From Phaeosaccion multiseriatum (lineage: Eukaryota; Protista; Ochrophyta, other classes), in the NCBI GenBank assembly GCA_965112735.1, contig OZ218963.1:1674001-1738000 (forward strand): a stretch of 64,000 nucleotides of DNA, read 5' to 3'. Below the pieces are notes generated by a model. That model did not search any database. It saw nothing but the letters and a program-made list of their open reading frames with translations, and was not told the DNA's origin. Position 1 is the first letter of the stretch, and every line of letters starts with the position of its first letter. Below, piece by piece: positions 22,901-35,994 of the stretch. Made by a program: the position numbers and the translations under genes.

Positions 22901-25900
22901 CACCACGTGTTGCAGCTGCACCGCTCCACTCGCCAAGGACAGGCAGTGGTGACATACTGCCACTGCCACTTGCGTGCCTGCTGCCCGTCGCGCGTTTCTC
23001 GTCGTCTCCAACGAAGCCTTTCGCGGCGGACGAGGGGATATCATCCTTCCCATCGTCAAGCCCAATCGAATGCCCATGCCCCGCAGTGGGGGAGGATGGC
23101 AAGGACTGCATACCCTCGAGAGCGCCCCCCAGCCCCGACCCAACCCTGCGTACGGACGACCGGACGCGTGTGGAGTCTCTTGAGGATCGCGCGTTGAGGC
23201 TGTCCAGTGCTGGTGGTGGAGGTCCCAAACTTGGACGTGCACCCTCGTCCTCGCCATCGTTACAGTTAGCGACACCCTCTGCCTCATCACCGACATCGCC
23301 ATTGCTTCGTCTGGAATCTCCTGCCTCCAGCAAGGCTCTCAACTCCTTGGCTGTCAAGTCGATTCCTTCCCTCTGCTGCCCACCGCTGCCAAAGCTCGGC
23401 AGCCCGCCGCTCAAGGGTCGCTGCAGGCGGAAATTGGCGGCTCCTCCTCCTCCTCCTTCTCCCCTGTCTCCATCTTCAGTCCTCCCCGCGACAGGGTCGC
23501 TCCCACCCCCGCCACCTGTAAAACCCTCTTCTTTTGCCGCTTCCGATCCACTCGAGTCTACCCGGCTTGGCGTCTTACCATACTGTCTGTTGTAGTGAAG
23601 GGTCGCAACATTGGTGGGGCTCTTCGCCCCACTCTCCTTTTTTCGCCCCCTTGAGAATTGCCAGCCTTTCTGACGCGGGGCGCCGCCCGTGCCGCTGGCT
23701 CCCACCGAGCTAGAGGTCGCCCCGAGCGACGAGTCCAGCGAGAGGTGTGGCAAAGTATCGGCCTTCACTGCAGGGCCATCAGCAGACCCCCACTTCCCGC
23801 TCCTAGGTGGGAGAGGAGCCGTCCCCCACTTTGTAGGAGCGCTGGAAGGCTCCTCCTCCTTCTCCTCCTCTTTGCCGCTCGCCGTGTCCTGAGAGCGACA
23901 TGATGTCGCCCTCCCTGCCCCCCCTTCTCCCACGTCCCGTGGATCCACCTCGGGCAAGACGCTCTTGCCCCACCCTTCCTTCGTAGCGTCCTTCTCTTCG
24001 TTCTTCTCCTGCTTAGCCTCTCCCTTATCATTTCCTCCCTCCTTCTCCTCCTCTTCCTCCCTTGCACCCCCCATTGCCCGCTGCAGAGCGTGTAGAACTG
24101 ACACATCCATATCCTCTGTCACCGCTGCCGGAAGCTCACTCTCCAGACCTCGACCACACAGGTTGTCCAGGTCGAACTCGCTCTGCGACGATGGCAGTGG
24201 ATGGAGGACGTGCCGGAGGGAGAGGAGGAGGAGGAGGAGGAGGGGGAGAGAAGGGAGACGGAGAGGTTGAAGGAGTGAACGAGTGAGTCCCGTGTCAAGC
24301 GTCAATCGTCAATCAAAATCAAGCAGGGGGGAGGAAGACAAAGCCCCCGTTCAGTGCCATCCAAAGTGCCCCTCACCTGCAAAAAGCGAAGATTGTCGAT
24401 CCAGTGTTGCTTCCCCACGGACCCACGGAACGAAACGATCAATCTTTCGTTCTCCACATCCTTGAGTATGTGGCAGTTTGTGTCGTGCGTCTCGTTGTAG
24501 ATGAAGTCAAGCATTTCAAAGCCCAGGCGCTCGAAATACAAATCCCCGAAGCGATAATTGTGAGGGTTGGTCCAGTCGGGCGGGTCGTTGTATGACTCGT
24601 AGGCCACCTCTGCCAACCAAGCAGCTGTCTCTACACAGAAGGTGGGGCGGCCGGCGTTTTCAATCTCAGCTCTCTCCAGCGCCTGTTGTGGGACGGCAGA
24701 GGAGGTGAGGGTGACAGCCAGCGGAGAAAGCGGAAGGTGGAAGAGATGGAATATGAAGTGATACTCAATAGAAGGACCGTAATCACAAGGCTGTGAGGTG
24801 AGAGCTTCGACGGAGGGAGGAGGAGCAGCAGCTTCAGGGCGTCCCACTCCTTTCCACCCCTTTCCCGTTCGGTTCCGCTCAAGGCTGTTGCTACCGCACC
24901 ATCAGCACCACCACCATCACTACCACCACCACCACCACCACCATCACCACCCCCCCCCCACCACCATCATCACTACAACCACCACCACCACCACCACCAC
25001 CACCACCACTACCACCACGACCCACTGACCTACCTCCCTCTTCGCTCGCAGTTTGGCACCTCTGTCCCTCCTCAGGGTTGCTGCGATGCTTTCCCTCCAT
25101 TGCTTGGATCTCTCCGACACAAGGCTCACCCTCCCGGCTCGTCTCCCCCTCCCGCGTCGTTTCCTCCTCCGCTTCCCTCGGCCACGACGGACTGCATCCC
25201 GCCTCCTGAGCAGCTTTCTGTTTACGGGGGCCCCAGGCGAAGAGGGATCGCGCGGTCCGCACGCAACGCGAAATGCGTTTTGCCTCTTGAACTTGGCAAA
25301 CTGTAACTGTCTTTCAAAGTACACAAAGCGCACTCGCAGCCTGTTGAGTTGGGCCTCCCCGTAGCTGGGCGGCAGATACAGCACGTAGATGAGCCATAGG
25401 AAGGCCGTCATGATCACCACAAAGCCTATGATGATGTTCCTGCCATAGAGGTACAGGAGCAAACTCTCCGCGAGGACGGGGGTTTTTTCGTCCTCGGTCA
25501 CCTCCACCAGCCGCCACAAGGTAAACACCAGGTACATGAGCGCCAGAAGGATGCCCTGCGTGGTGGAGGTACATGGTAAACATATAATACAAGAGTGCTT
25601 GCACACGTTAGTGCCTATCATTGGGAAAGAGCAGACAGCGAGGAGAGAAGGGAGGAGGACGTGTAAGAGGGGACGGAAGTGAAGAGAAGGAGGAGGACGT
25701 AAGAAGGGACAGAAGCCGAGGGCCGGCCACTCTCAAGTGACTGAGAAGATGACGTTGGCTGCCTGACAGCGCGACCGCTGCCATCCACTGGCATGTATAT
25801 ATACATACGGCTGCAGCGAGCGGTTGATCCCGTGCGTATGCATCAAACCAAGGACAAACCGACCGACCTGCAGCCCAAAGAAGCGGTAGGACAGCTGCTG

Positions 25901-28900
25901 GTACCGGCTGCTCAAGTACGGCACGCGGCTCAGCATTCTGCCGGTGGAGCAAGTCGTCAGGAGCATCCACAGCACCCACGATGCATTTATAGACTGGATG
26001 GACAACACAACAACGCAACACAGGAGGTACATAGGAGAGGACGGACACAAGTCGATCGGCACCAGGGGTCCCATGAGGCAGTAGACAAGGAGTATCAACA
26101 ACTTTTCCCAACAAGGGGGAAAAACAAGATGCAAAGCTGCCCCTGCTGAAAGGACAGAAAGGGAAAGCAGAGGTAAACTGCCCAGGTCATCTCACGGAGT
26201 TCTATGCGATATGCTCTACAGCACTCACGAAGACCACGTAGCATGCTGCGCTGAAGACCTTGCGGTATGATGAAGTCCAATTACTGATGGACAGATAGGT
26301 GCCCGTGTTGTCGCCCCCGACGTGAAACGGAGGCATGCTGGCAAGCAGGAGGGGAGGGGAGGGAAGGGGAGGCGGGGAGGAGGAAGGTTGTAGGGTTAGG
26401 GTGGGAGGGAGGAAGCGGAGGGAGGAGGAAGGGAGGTGGGAAGAGTTAGGGAGGGAGGAAGGGAGGGGAGGGGGAAGGAAGGGAGGTGGGGAGGATTTGG
26501 GAGGGAGGGAGGGAGGGGAAGGGAAGGGAGGGGGAAGGAAGGGAGGTGGGTAGAGTTAGGGAGGGAGGAAGGGAGGGGAGGGGGAAGGAAGGGAGGTGGG
26601 GAGGATTTGGGAGGGAGGGAGGGAGGGGAGGGGAGGAGAAGGTTGGAGGGCGAGGAGGGTTAGAGATAGGAGAGGAGGTGACAAGGGTTGGGGGTATAGG
26701 GAGTAAGGGATCAATTCGTCGCTTAATGCCTCCACCGCTTCCCTTCCTCTCCCACAACCCAACTCCCTCGTCGAGCTGAACTGTCGTCAAGTACCTGGAG
26801 AAAGTTTGCACCATTCCCGCTGCCGCTCGCAGCAATCCCCAGCACAGCTTGGGGGCGTAGAATCTGGCCCGTGTCGCTGACTTACCCCGAGCGACTGCAC
26901 GCACAGGGAGAGCACCAGCATCACACCGCACACGAAGGGGGGGGACGCGTGCACGCACGCACACACACACACACACACACTTCGTTTGGGGGCTGTGGGG
27001 GGGCGGAGGGGATTTCCATACTCTACACGCCACAGGGGCGATGTTATACACCCACACGTACACACACATACTCAAAGCACACGTACACACACACTCACAA
27101 GCACACACGCACACTCACACTCACGCACACACACACGTACACACACCCACACCCACACCACCCCCATATACCCACACCCACACACACCCACACCCATAAA
27201 TACACACACCCACACATGCGCTCACTGGTCGAACACTACTCGCACACTCCTCACCTCCGTCGGCCAGCATGAGCGCCACGCACATGATCAGAGATGTGCC
27301 CCAGTCGGAGCACAAGCGAGAGGCGGCCAGGACAACGTAGCTGCCCTTGCCCCCCACCAACACGGCAACGGTGCGGACCGGGTTAGCCAGCAAGAAGGTC
27401 CCCAGGCCCAAGAAGACAAGCCATCTCTGCTCGTGCAGACTTGCCCGATAGGTTTCGCTCAACTCGGCGAGGCTGGCGCAGATGCTTCCTCCCCCGCCAA
27501 ACACCACATGTATCCACCAAAGCGTAGACACGAGGAGTGAGAGGCAGAGGCTGAGCTCAAGATACGTCGCCCACGACTTGAAGGTCGACCGCTGGTAGTG
27601 GAGCTCGTAGCGGGCGGACTCGAGCGCCTGGGTGGCAGCAGTGACGTTGAGGCCGGGGTTGTCTGCGGCAGTGAAGGCAGAGGCCTCGTATCCAAGGTGA
27701 ATACGATATTGTTGGATCTGGCCGTAGCCGGCAATCGCGCCTTGCACCTGTACGGGGAAGGGGGAGGACGAGGGGGGGGGGGGGGGCGAGGGGTCCGTTT
27801 GCAAGTCGACACTGCACGTGGGCGAGTAGAAAAGGCGAAGAAAGCAGCACAGTACCATCACAAATAGCCCAGAAAATCGTCATCCACATTGGCCTGTGTA
27901 TATATATACCTGAACGATTACGTGAGTCTTAGATGATTCCCATGAGTCAATGTATTAGTACCTGATAGAAGGAGAAGGAGTTGAGCTTTGTCCCCTTGTC
28001 CCCCTTTGACACCGTGACGTTCTTCGAGTACACCATGTTCCAATTGCCGTTACACTCTCGAGCCTGGCTCGTACAGGCCTCCACCAGCACCTTACCGGGG
28101 ACCATCGGGGGGAATATGGGTAAGCACACATTGGATGGATGGATGGATGGATGGATAGACCATAATGTTGTCTGAGTGTAGGAGCGGTGAGTAGTAAGCG
28201 GTAGCGAGCAAGGAAAGCAGGTTGAAGTGCGTGTTATCCCCCCCCCCCCTCTCTCTCTTCCCTTCTTTACTACCAAAACCACGCCGACACCTTTCATACC
28301 TGGGCGGTAAGGCTTTCTGGAACGTCTTGCCACTCCTCGTTTGTGAACACGGCATCCATCGTCACGGCGCCTATGGACAGCACAAGAAGAAGCACGTGCA
28401 GGTACTGTGCTTGAAGGCTCAGGTGATAGAGAAGTACACAAGAGGCCTGTCTGCTCTCTCTGCTGATGACACCCTCCAGTCTTGCCGAGGTCAGCAGAGG
28501 AGAGAGGGGTATCGATCCTGGAGAACCACCTGTTGCACAGCTTTGTCGACGACGTGCACACGCGCATACACACGCGGGCGCCCCACCCTTCCCCCTCCCT
28601 CATTCTTATGTCTTACCATGGGGCTCGCCTCTCAAGTCCCACACCGCAGCCCCGAGGTCGTAGAGTACCTGCGGAAACCAAAACCACAAAGAAAGACAAA
28701 CCGGAACAGAAACCAAGCCGTGCAAAGAACAAGGAGAGAGAAATACATGATTACGTCCCTTACTGTGTAGAGGGGCCTGGGGTTAGAAGAGGGGGTGATG
28801 CAATGCTGTCTACGCCCCCCCTCCCCCACCCCAGACAAGAGGGACTTAGGGAACCAACCCTGCCTACGATAGCAGCCTTGACAACATGCTAGAAGGACTT

Positions 28901-30658
28901 CATTCAATCGCACACCTCTCTGCCTTGGCTGGTCGGGTAGTGCTGAAGACAGGAGAAGGAGGAGCCCGTAGACTCTTGCAGCTGGGAGGCACAAGTACCG
29001 TTGACCCCAGGCGGTAGGGTCGCCACGGAGGGAATGAGCTCAATGGTGGTCTTGTCCAAAATGCTAAGGGCAATGGTCAGTACCACTCCGACAGCGTAGG
29101 CGAGGTAGGTGAGCACAATCAAGGTGACCTGTGCAAGACATAGAGAGAGTCAGAGGGCCAAGGCACAGAGGGGAGGGAGAGGACGGCTGGGCTGAGCAAG
29201 AGAGACGAAGGAGCAGGACAGGATAGTAACAAAGAGGAGCAGGAAACACGACAGGATAAAACCTAGATGCATGCACTCAAGCGTAGTGGGCACGACCTAC
29301 TTGACTCACCGTAAGCGAAGCAGGCATAACCTCCATCAATATCTTGGGCTCCTGCCATTGGGTTAGCTTCACCTCCCTGACCGGCCAGTCCGAGGAGAGA
29401 TAGAGAGGAGCGCATGTATGGAAAGAAAGGCCAAGGTGAGTTGGTGAGGTGATTTGCATTGAAGAAACGAAAGGGGGATCAATCAATGCCTCTGCCTCTG
29501 CCTCCCTCACCCTCACTTACCTGTGGTCCAAGACAACGTCGCCAAAGAAGTGCATGAGGCTGAAGGCGCTCTTCTGTGGGGCGGTCTTCTCTCCTGCCGC
29601 AGCTGAGCCCGACCTGTCTCCTAGCATCCCCCTTGTCTCCTCCCCTCCGTGGGCCTTTCCCTCCTTTAGACCTTCTTCCAACGATGTAAGGAGTCGAGCA
29701 CTTGCTCCTCCTCCACCGCCCCCTCCCTTACCCTGCCCCCTTGGCAGAGTCTCTGTGAGAGCATCGCCCCCTTCAATGTCAGCATCCAGCACCTTTTCGG
29801 CTGCGCGTAGATTGCCTTTTCGAAAAGGGAGATTGCCTGTTTGAAAAGGGGACGCAGCAGAGGGAGAAGGCACAAGGGCCTGATCCTGGGCGGGCCTGAG
29901 CATGCCTGTGAGTGAGTGAGGGAGAGGGGAGGTGAGAGAGAGAGAGATATATAGAGAGAGAGAGTGGCGAGGGAGAGGGGAGGGGAGAGAGAGTGGGGAG
30001 GGAAAGAGGAGGTGAGAGAGTGGTGAGGGAGAGGGGAGGTGAGAGAGAGAGTGGTGAGGGAGCACCGCATGCTGTGGAAAAGAAACAACGCCCGGAGCAG
30101 AGTCTTTGTGTAAGCATCGAATACATATGAAGAGAGAGAGCGTCTGCACGCAGCGTGTTGTAGCAAGTACTACCTCCCCTCACCTGTCCGCAGCATTGGC
30201 ATTGACGCCGTCCTGGAAAGCCCTCGGTCCCTAGGGGGGAGGTGGTGGTCATTGTCATCTTTCTCCGCCCTCGTGTCCAAGCCGTCCTCCTTTCCCTCAT
30301 CCCCGCCCTTTCCTCCTCCTCCTCCTCCTCCTCCTCCTCCTCCTCCTCCTCCTCCTCCTCCTCCTCCTCCTCCTCCTCCTCCTCCTCCTCCTCCTCCTCC
30401 TCCTCCTCCTCCTCCTCCTCCTCCTCCAGCCTCTCGGAAATGCCTGCCTGTGCTGCCCACTCTGCTGTAGCGCACAGTCTCCTGCAAAGGGGCATCCTTC
30501 TCATCTTCCCGATTGCCCTCAGAAGTGGCGCGGTGCCGGTCAGCCCGTCTCCATGACTGCTGCTGCTGCTGCTGCTGCTGCCGCCGCGGAGCGTCTGGCT
30601 TCTCGCTATTGGGGAGAGAGGAATCTGATCTCTCGTCCTCGTCAGCGGCAGGCCGCAT
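19398..30658 (-). CDS. Multi-pass membrane protein (TMEM181/Wntless-like N-terminal part) fused to class-3 lipase, many exons
   Basis: Lipase motifs IVSFRGS, VHTGFWEAY, FVTGHSLGGALA, LYTFGQPRVGN, RVVVDGDIVP, YTHVG and MHSLEAY. Upstream hydrophobic exons carry EQRWLVFLGLGTFLLANP, RYQQLSYRF and IYVLYLPP. All are on one strand with splice signals. Start at 30658 is inferred from in-frame splicing. Confidence 0.8.
20686..20772 (+). repeat. Intronic ~11-bp tandem repeat (GTATCCTCAAG / ATTCATCTAAG)
   Basis: Directly visible alternating units. Confidence 0.7.
30311..30427 (+). repeat. (CCT)n microsatellite, poly-Gly in predicted exon 1 of the lipase gene
   Basis: Directly visible. Confidence 0.95.
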
Positions 30659-30802
30659 TTCCTTTGACCAAAGGGAGCGACGTCCGAGAGGTTCGTGCAC
30701 GTTGGGTGGCCATTAAGTGCCATCGATTGTCTCTCCTGCAATTTGCACTGCCTCTTAGGCTGCTTTTTGCTTTGCTCGTGCATTCTGCTCGCCTCTATCG
30801 TC

Positions 30803-33800
30803 ATGGAGCTATCTGGTGCAGAGGAGGGCAAGAGCAGTAGTGCCCCTGTGCCCCCAGTGGTGGAGAACCAAACGGCCGGAAGGTAAGAAAACACTGAAAA
30901 CCAAACTGCCAGAGAGAGAGAGCGAGGAAGAGCGGCGGCGGGAACTAAACTGCGCTTCCGGTGATGTGTCCGACAGGGATGCTTTCCAGAGCTATATGTC
31001 CAAGCTCAAGACGCAAGGGCAGGCCCTCAAAGAGGTTCGTACAATGGGAAGGAAGGATGGACGGAGATATAATATCATCAACGGCCTTCCCTCAACTGTT
31101 GCTGCTGTGCTGTTTACGTATACACTGGGTGCATTGACACAGTTCCGACCGAGCGACATGAGTCACTCAGTGCTGGTGCCACCCCTTCCTCACCTGCCCC
31201 CCCGCCAAGCTGTGGCTGCCACTGGTGCTGGCACCCCACCCACCATGGAGTGGGGCGCTTGGGGGGGGCAGGCCAAGCCGTACACGGTAAGTAAGAGACT
31301 GTACTCCGCAGCAACACAGTCCAGATGCACCAGCTCTGAGTCAGTTGTGCTCTCGCTGCTCCCAGGAATACATGGACGAGTACGCGACACGCTACAAGGT
31401 GGTGGACAGACCCACCTCTATGCTTGCCAATGCCCGCCGGCCCATTCACGACGACGCCCTTCGGGCCGTTGAGCGGCGGTGGTCCGGACAAGAAGCATCC
31501 AGCTTCGGCAACGAAGCAAGGTTTGCCTCCTCCAAGAAGGCACAGCAGAGGGGAAGGGTGCAAGAAAACGAGGCGACGAGAAAGAGGGACGCCTGCAGCA
31601 CAGGCGGTGAATATGGCCAAGGCACGAGAGATGGCGAAGAGTCGGCAGCTTCTGTGACTTCCGCGTCCTCTTCCTCTTCACTTGGCAATGGCGAGCCTAG
31701 TGGTGCTGCCAATCACTCCCCACGGGTGACTCCGCTCGTCGACACTCTCCCGTCCAAGTCTACCAATCGTGGATCTTCGCTTTCGCCCTCTTCATCCTTT
31801 GAAGCCCCTCACCGCGGGCGAGCTGCTAGCGAGGACTTACAGGAGGAGCAGCGGGAGGATCCCCCCCCAGTACAGCCACTGGTCAGGCCTTCGCGACTCC
31901 TCTGTCAGATCAATGCCCCTCCAGCCGGCCTGGCCACGAAGCGCGAAGAAGGGACGGACCCGTATGGGCCGATCTGGGCTGAGATGATTGTGAAGCCCGA
32001 TGCTATTTCCCTGTCCGGAGCAGCAGGAGTAGCACCCGCCCGTGCAGCGAGGGAGGAGACCCTCGTGGACACCGAATACCACAGCAATTTCAAGGTCGGT
32101 GGGGACACGCAGTGGGGAGGAGTGGGGGGCCATGTGCTGTGCACACATGTGTGTGACACAAGGAAGGACACAGTAGAAGAGCTGCCTCCTTTGGGGAGAG
32201 TTTTTCCTTTTGGCGCCTTTCTGGTCATGAACTCAGAGAGTGGGTCGCGCTTCGACGAGCACAGCAAAACATTTTGAGAGCAATTCTTCTCCCATCCCCG
32301 CTTGCCTTGACCCTTGAGTCCGTTCTTCTCTCTTGCCTCTCTTGTTTCCTCCTTTATCCCCCCCTCCTTCCCATCTCCTTCTCCTCCTCCTCCTCCTCCT
32401 CCTGCTGCTGCTGCAGTGGCCCCCTGAGCAAGCGTTCCACCCCAAAACCTACGAGGGCACGACGAACAGCGAGAGGGAAATGGCCGAGCTCACGGCAATA
32501 GAGTATGACGAGGTCGCTCAAGCACAAGACCAAGTGAAGGAGGATGGTCGACCCGGGTCTCCAGCAGACAGGCAAGATGTGCTCAAGCGCTGGGCTGGGG
32601 CGCACACCAAGGGCCCGCAAAAGTCCGAGCATGCCAGCTCCTTCCGGTGGCCCCCACACGCAGATGATGAAAGGAGGGCGGGAATGACGACGACAAAGAC
32701 AAGTGCAGAACTATCCGGCAACCTTCTTGGGCAAGCTTCTCCTCTCTCCCAGCGCTCTACCGCGGCCTCGACCGACAGCTTGAAGGGGCTGAACGAACTC
32801 ATGTCCACCACCCGCAGGCCGAGTCGCTGCTCCACCGCCTCAGAGGAGGGAAGCGGGGCACGGAGCACAGGGATGGCCTCGAGTGTGTTGGATCGCACGA
32901 CTGAGTACGATGATAGGTTTGTCCGCTTCCCTAGCGACAACTACCGGGGCGGGCTACATCATAGTCATGGGGCAGGGCCGGAGCAAGACCATGTCGATGC
33001 ACTGCTCCACCCCACCAGGACCGAGCCCGACGAGGAGGAGGAGCCTGCGCAGGAGCAACACCAGGGTGATGATGGTATTGCTACTGCTGATGCTGGTGCT
33101 AGGGGGAAGAGGCCTCTTCTCAATATGGAGAGCGTGGCACGGGAACCTTTGGCACAAACGCCAACGCCGGCGTCAATCGCGGCGCCCGGCATGCGGGAGG
33201 CTGAGGCCGAGAGCGGCCCTCCTGAGATGTGGCAGACAGAGTATCAGGACGAGTTCGAGTGGATGCCCAAGGGTAGCTATGTGACCGGTCTACACCACAA
33301 GCACGGAGGCAGAGCGGCGGATGACCATGTGGATCAGCTGCTTCACACCACTGGGGCCAAGTCCGAGGATGGTGCCCAGGATGAGGTCCACGAGGGAGAG
33401 CGAGAGGGGGGTGAAAGGAAACAGGGCAGCAGCGGTTCAGTCCCGGGAAGCACTCCTGCTCATGGTCTGAATGAGACGGAGTACCAGGACGAGTACGAGT
33501 GGATGCCCAAGGGTAGCTATGTGGCCGGCTTGCATCACAAGCACGGAGGTAGATCAACGGAGGACCACATCGACAAGCTGCTCCACCCTACCAGGGCGGA
33601 GGACCAGCCTGCCTCCAAGAGTGAGAAGGAAGGGGATGGGGAGGTGGGGCAGGAAGAAGAGGCCCGCGCCGAGGCAGCGTCAGGCGGAGGCGAGAATGTG
33701 CTGACGGTCGAGCAGGCCAGGGAGATGATACGGGAAGCAGAGACGACCGCTCGCGGGGTGGAGGAGACGGAGTACCAGGACGAGTACGAGTGGATGCCCA

Positions 33801-35125
33801 AGGGCAGCTATGTTGCCGGCTTGCACCACGCGCATGGAGGCAGAGCGGCAGAGGATCATATGGACAAGCTGCTCCACCCCAAGAGAAACACAAAGCCAAT
33901 TGCCAAGGTGGAGCAGGGCGTCCTCTCGAGGCTGTGGGGAGAGGCAAACGCATGCTTGAGGGGCATCGATAGCCACACTCTCCGGGAGCTGTGGTGTATG
34001 CCTCGCCCATCCCACGCGGTGCGACAGATACTCAATGTGCTTTGCGTGGTGTTGGGTCTTCTACAGTCTGCGTCGACCTCGTGGGAGGAGGTGCGCGCCA
34101 CGCTTCAGGCAAACAAGGAGACCTTGCTGAAGAAGATGAGGAGTCTAGATAGGCTCTCGCCGGGTGTTTCTACAGCCAGCCTCGCCTCCATGCGTACGGT
34201 GCCCGCTTTATCGCCCGGGAGCCTTGTTCATGTGTCTGTGGCAGGAGCGAAGCTGGCTTCTTGGCTAAGTGCCTTGTCTCGCTTTGTCCAGGCCAAGGCT
34301 GGCGACGCGCGGCCAGCAGGTGGCTCTCCATCTGCGGCAGCAGCCTTCTCGGATGTGCCCGAAGAGCTTTTCCAACGCGGCGGAGGCCGAGGCCCAGGAG
34401 GAGGGAGCATCGCCAGCTCCAGCTTTCTGCCCCCCCCACCGTCGAGCTACGACAGCGCGAGGCCGAGACACGCAACGCTAAAGGCAACACCTAGGAGGGT
34501 GACGGATGGCGACGCGGCGCTGCAGGTAGCTCAAGAGGCGAAGGGCGATTTCCACGCACGCGCACCCGTCCCGCCTCTCTTCCCGTCGTCGGATGTGGAC
34601 GAGGAAGAGGCCAGCAAGCACGGCAGTGAAGAGAGAGGGGAAGAGAAAGAGGGAGGGAGCGAAGGGCGCTCCATTTCTGGTACAAGTGGGGGCGGGGAGA
34701 GTGGAAGGTCGTCCTCCGGCGAGGTAGCAGCCTCAGCAGTTGGTGATACAGCAGCAGCCAGCGCGGGATCTTCCGCCGAGGCCCAAAGCGTCCGTTCGGA
34801 CGGCAGCAAGTCCTCAATATCGACATCAGCAGCAGGTGCTTCTTCTGTACAAAGCAAGGCCTCCCCACGGGAGAAGAGCAGGAGACGGCGAACTCCGAGG
34901 AGGATGGTGAAGCCTGTCCTGGAGCCCAAGTTTGGCTTCGTCGACGGAAAATGGACCTACAGTCCAAGGAAGGGCGCCACCTACAAGGGCGTGAACCCCC
35001 GATCCTGCGGGCTACCTCTCAAGCGGTATGATCCCATCCTAGCCAACCCCCGCTGGCCGCCGCCTTTGGGGGACAACCGGCGTTACTCGGTATACGAGCG
35101 GGAAATTTGCCACATGCCGTGCTAA
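30803..35125 (+). CDS. Putative microtubule-associated protein: TEY-x3-(F/Y) repeats plus isolated dynein stalk microtubule-binding domain
   Basis: Spliced ORF with a long last exon (~32417-35125). It has three near-identical TEYQDE(F/Y)EWMPKGSYV.GLHH.HGG...DH.D.LLH repeats plus degenerate copies. The segment LRGIDSHTLREL...PRPSHAVRQILNVLCVVLG...SWEEVR...VSVAGAKLASWLSAL follows. The start codon is provisional. Confidence 0.75.
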
Positions 35126-35994
35126 GTCACAAGTCATGGGCCACGGCTCTTGAAGGCTCGTAGGGAGGTAACTGCCGATTTGATGGCAGGGACCTTTCTT
35201 CTGTTGTAGACGTGCGCCTCTCTCTCCGGGAGGGGGGAGAGCGGGGTGGAGAAAGGCGACACAAGTAGCATGGAGACAAGGACAAGTAGGTGACGCTAGC
35301 TGCAACGGATTGTTGTTGTTATTGGAAACCCTTTCCAACATTCGACCATGAACAGCCCCGGTTGCGAATGGGGGGGGGGAGGGTGGCAGTGAGTGTACTT
35401 ACGTGCACGAGTACTTAGGTTGTTCGCTTTCTTTTTTATTACAAAACAACTTTAAAATTAAATTATTGTTAAGAGTAAAACCTGGGTGGGCGGACACACC
35501 CGTTTTGCGGACAGGGCCTACCCCCCCCACCCCCCCCCCCCCCCTTTTTCTTCTTTAGCCACTACTGGCGCCGTACTTGCCTCCCTGTCTTGGCCCTGCA
35601 TCTTACGAACACATTGCCACCTTTAGAAGTCGGGAGTAGGTTACTAAGGGACTAGGGAGGAAGAAGGGAATTGAAATCTGGAAAAGATGTTACTTTTAGA
35701 AACTTACGTAAGTGCGTCGCATACTTACGTGAGTACGTCACATCCTTACATAAGTACGGCACGTAAGGGAATTGGGTGTCTGTCCGCTGGGAAAATTAGC
35801 CCCCCCTCGCCCCCCCCCCCCCCTTTTTTCCACTTTCCAGAGGTGCGTGTGAATTTCTGCTCAGCGTCCAGAGTAGCCATAGGTAAGGGAGGCACAATAA
35901 AGCCATCGGAACCTCAAACAACCTGTATCCTTCAGAGTTAGCAGCAAAACCGATTAGCTGTCCGTTCACCCAGGTATCTCTCTTACGTAGGTAT

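Noticed and set aside
26340-26660. Purine-rich ~100-bp duplicated block
   Set aside because: Low-complexity intronic tract (pyrimidine-rich on the coding strand), like many others in the window.
35690-35790. Clustered CTTACGT-like motifs (also ~14440-14490 and ~58640-58680)
   Set aside because: Too short and degenerate to define an element without genome-wide counts.
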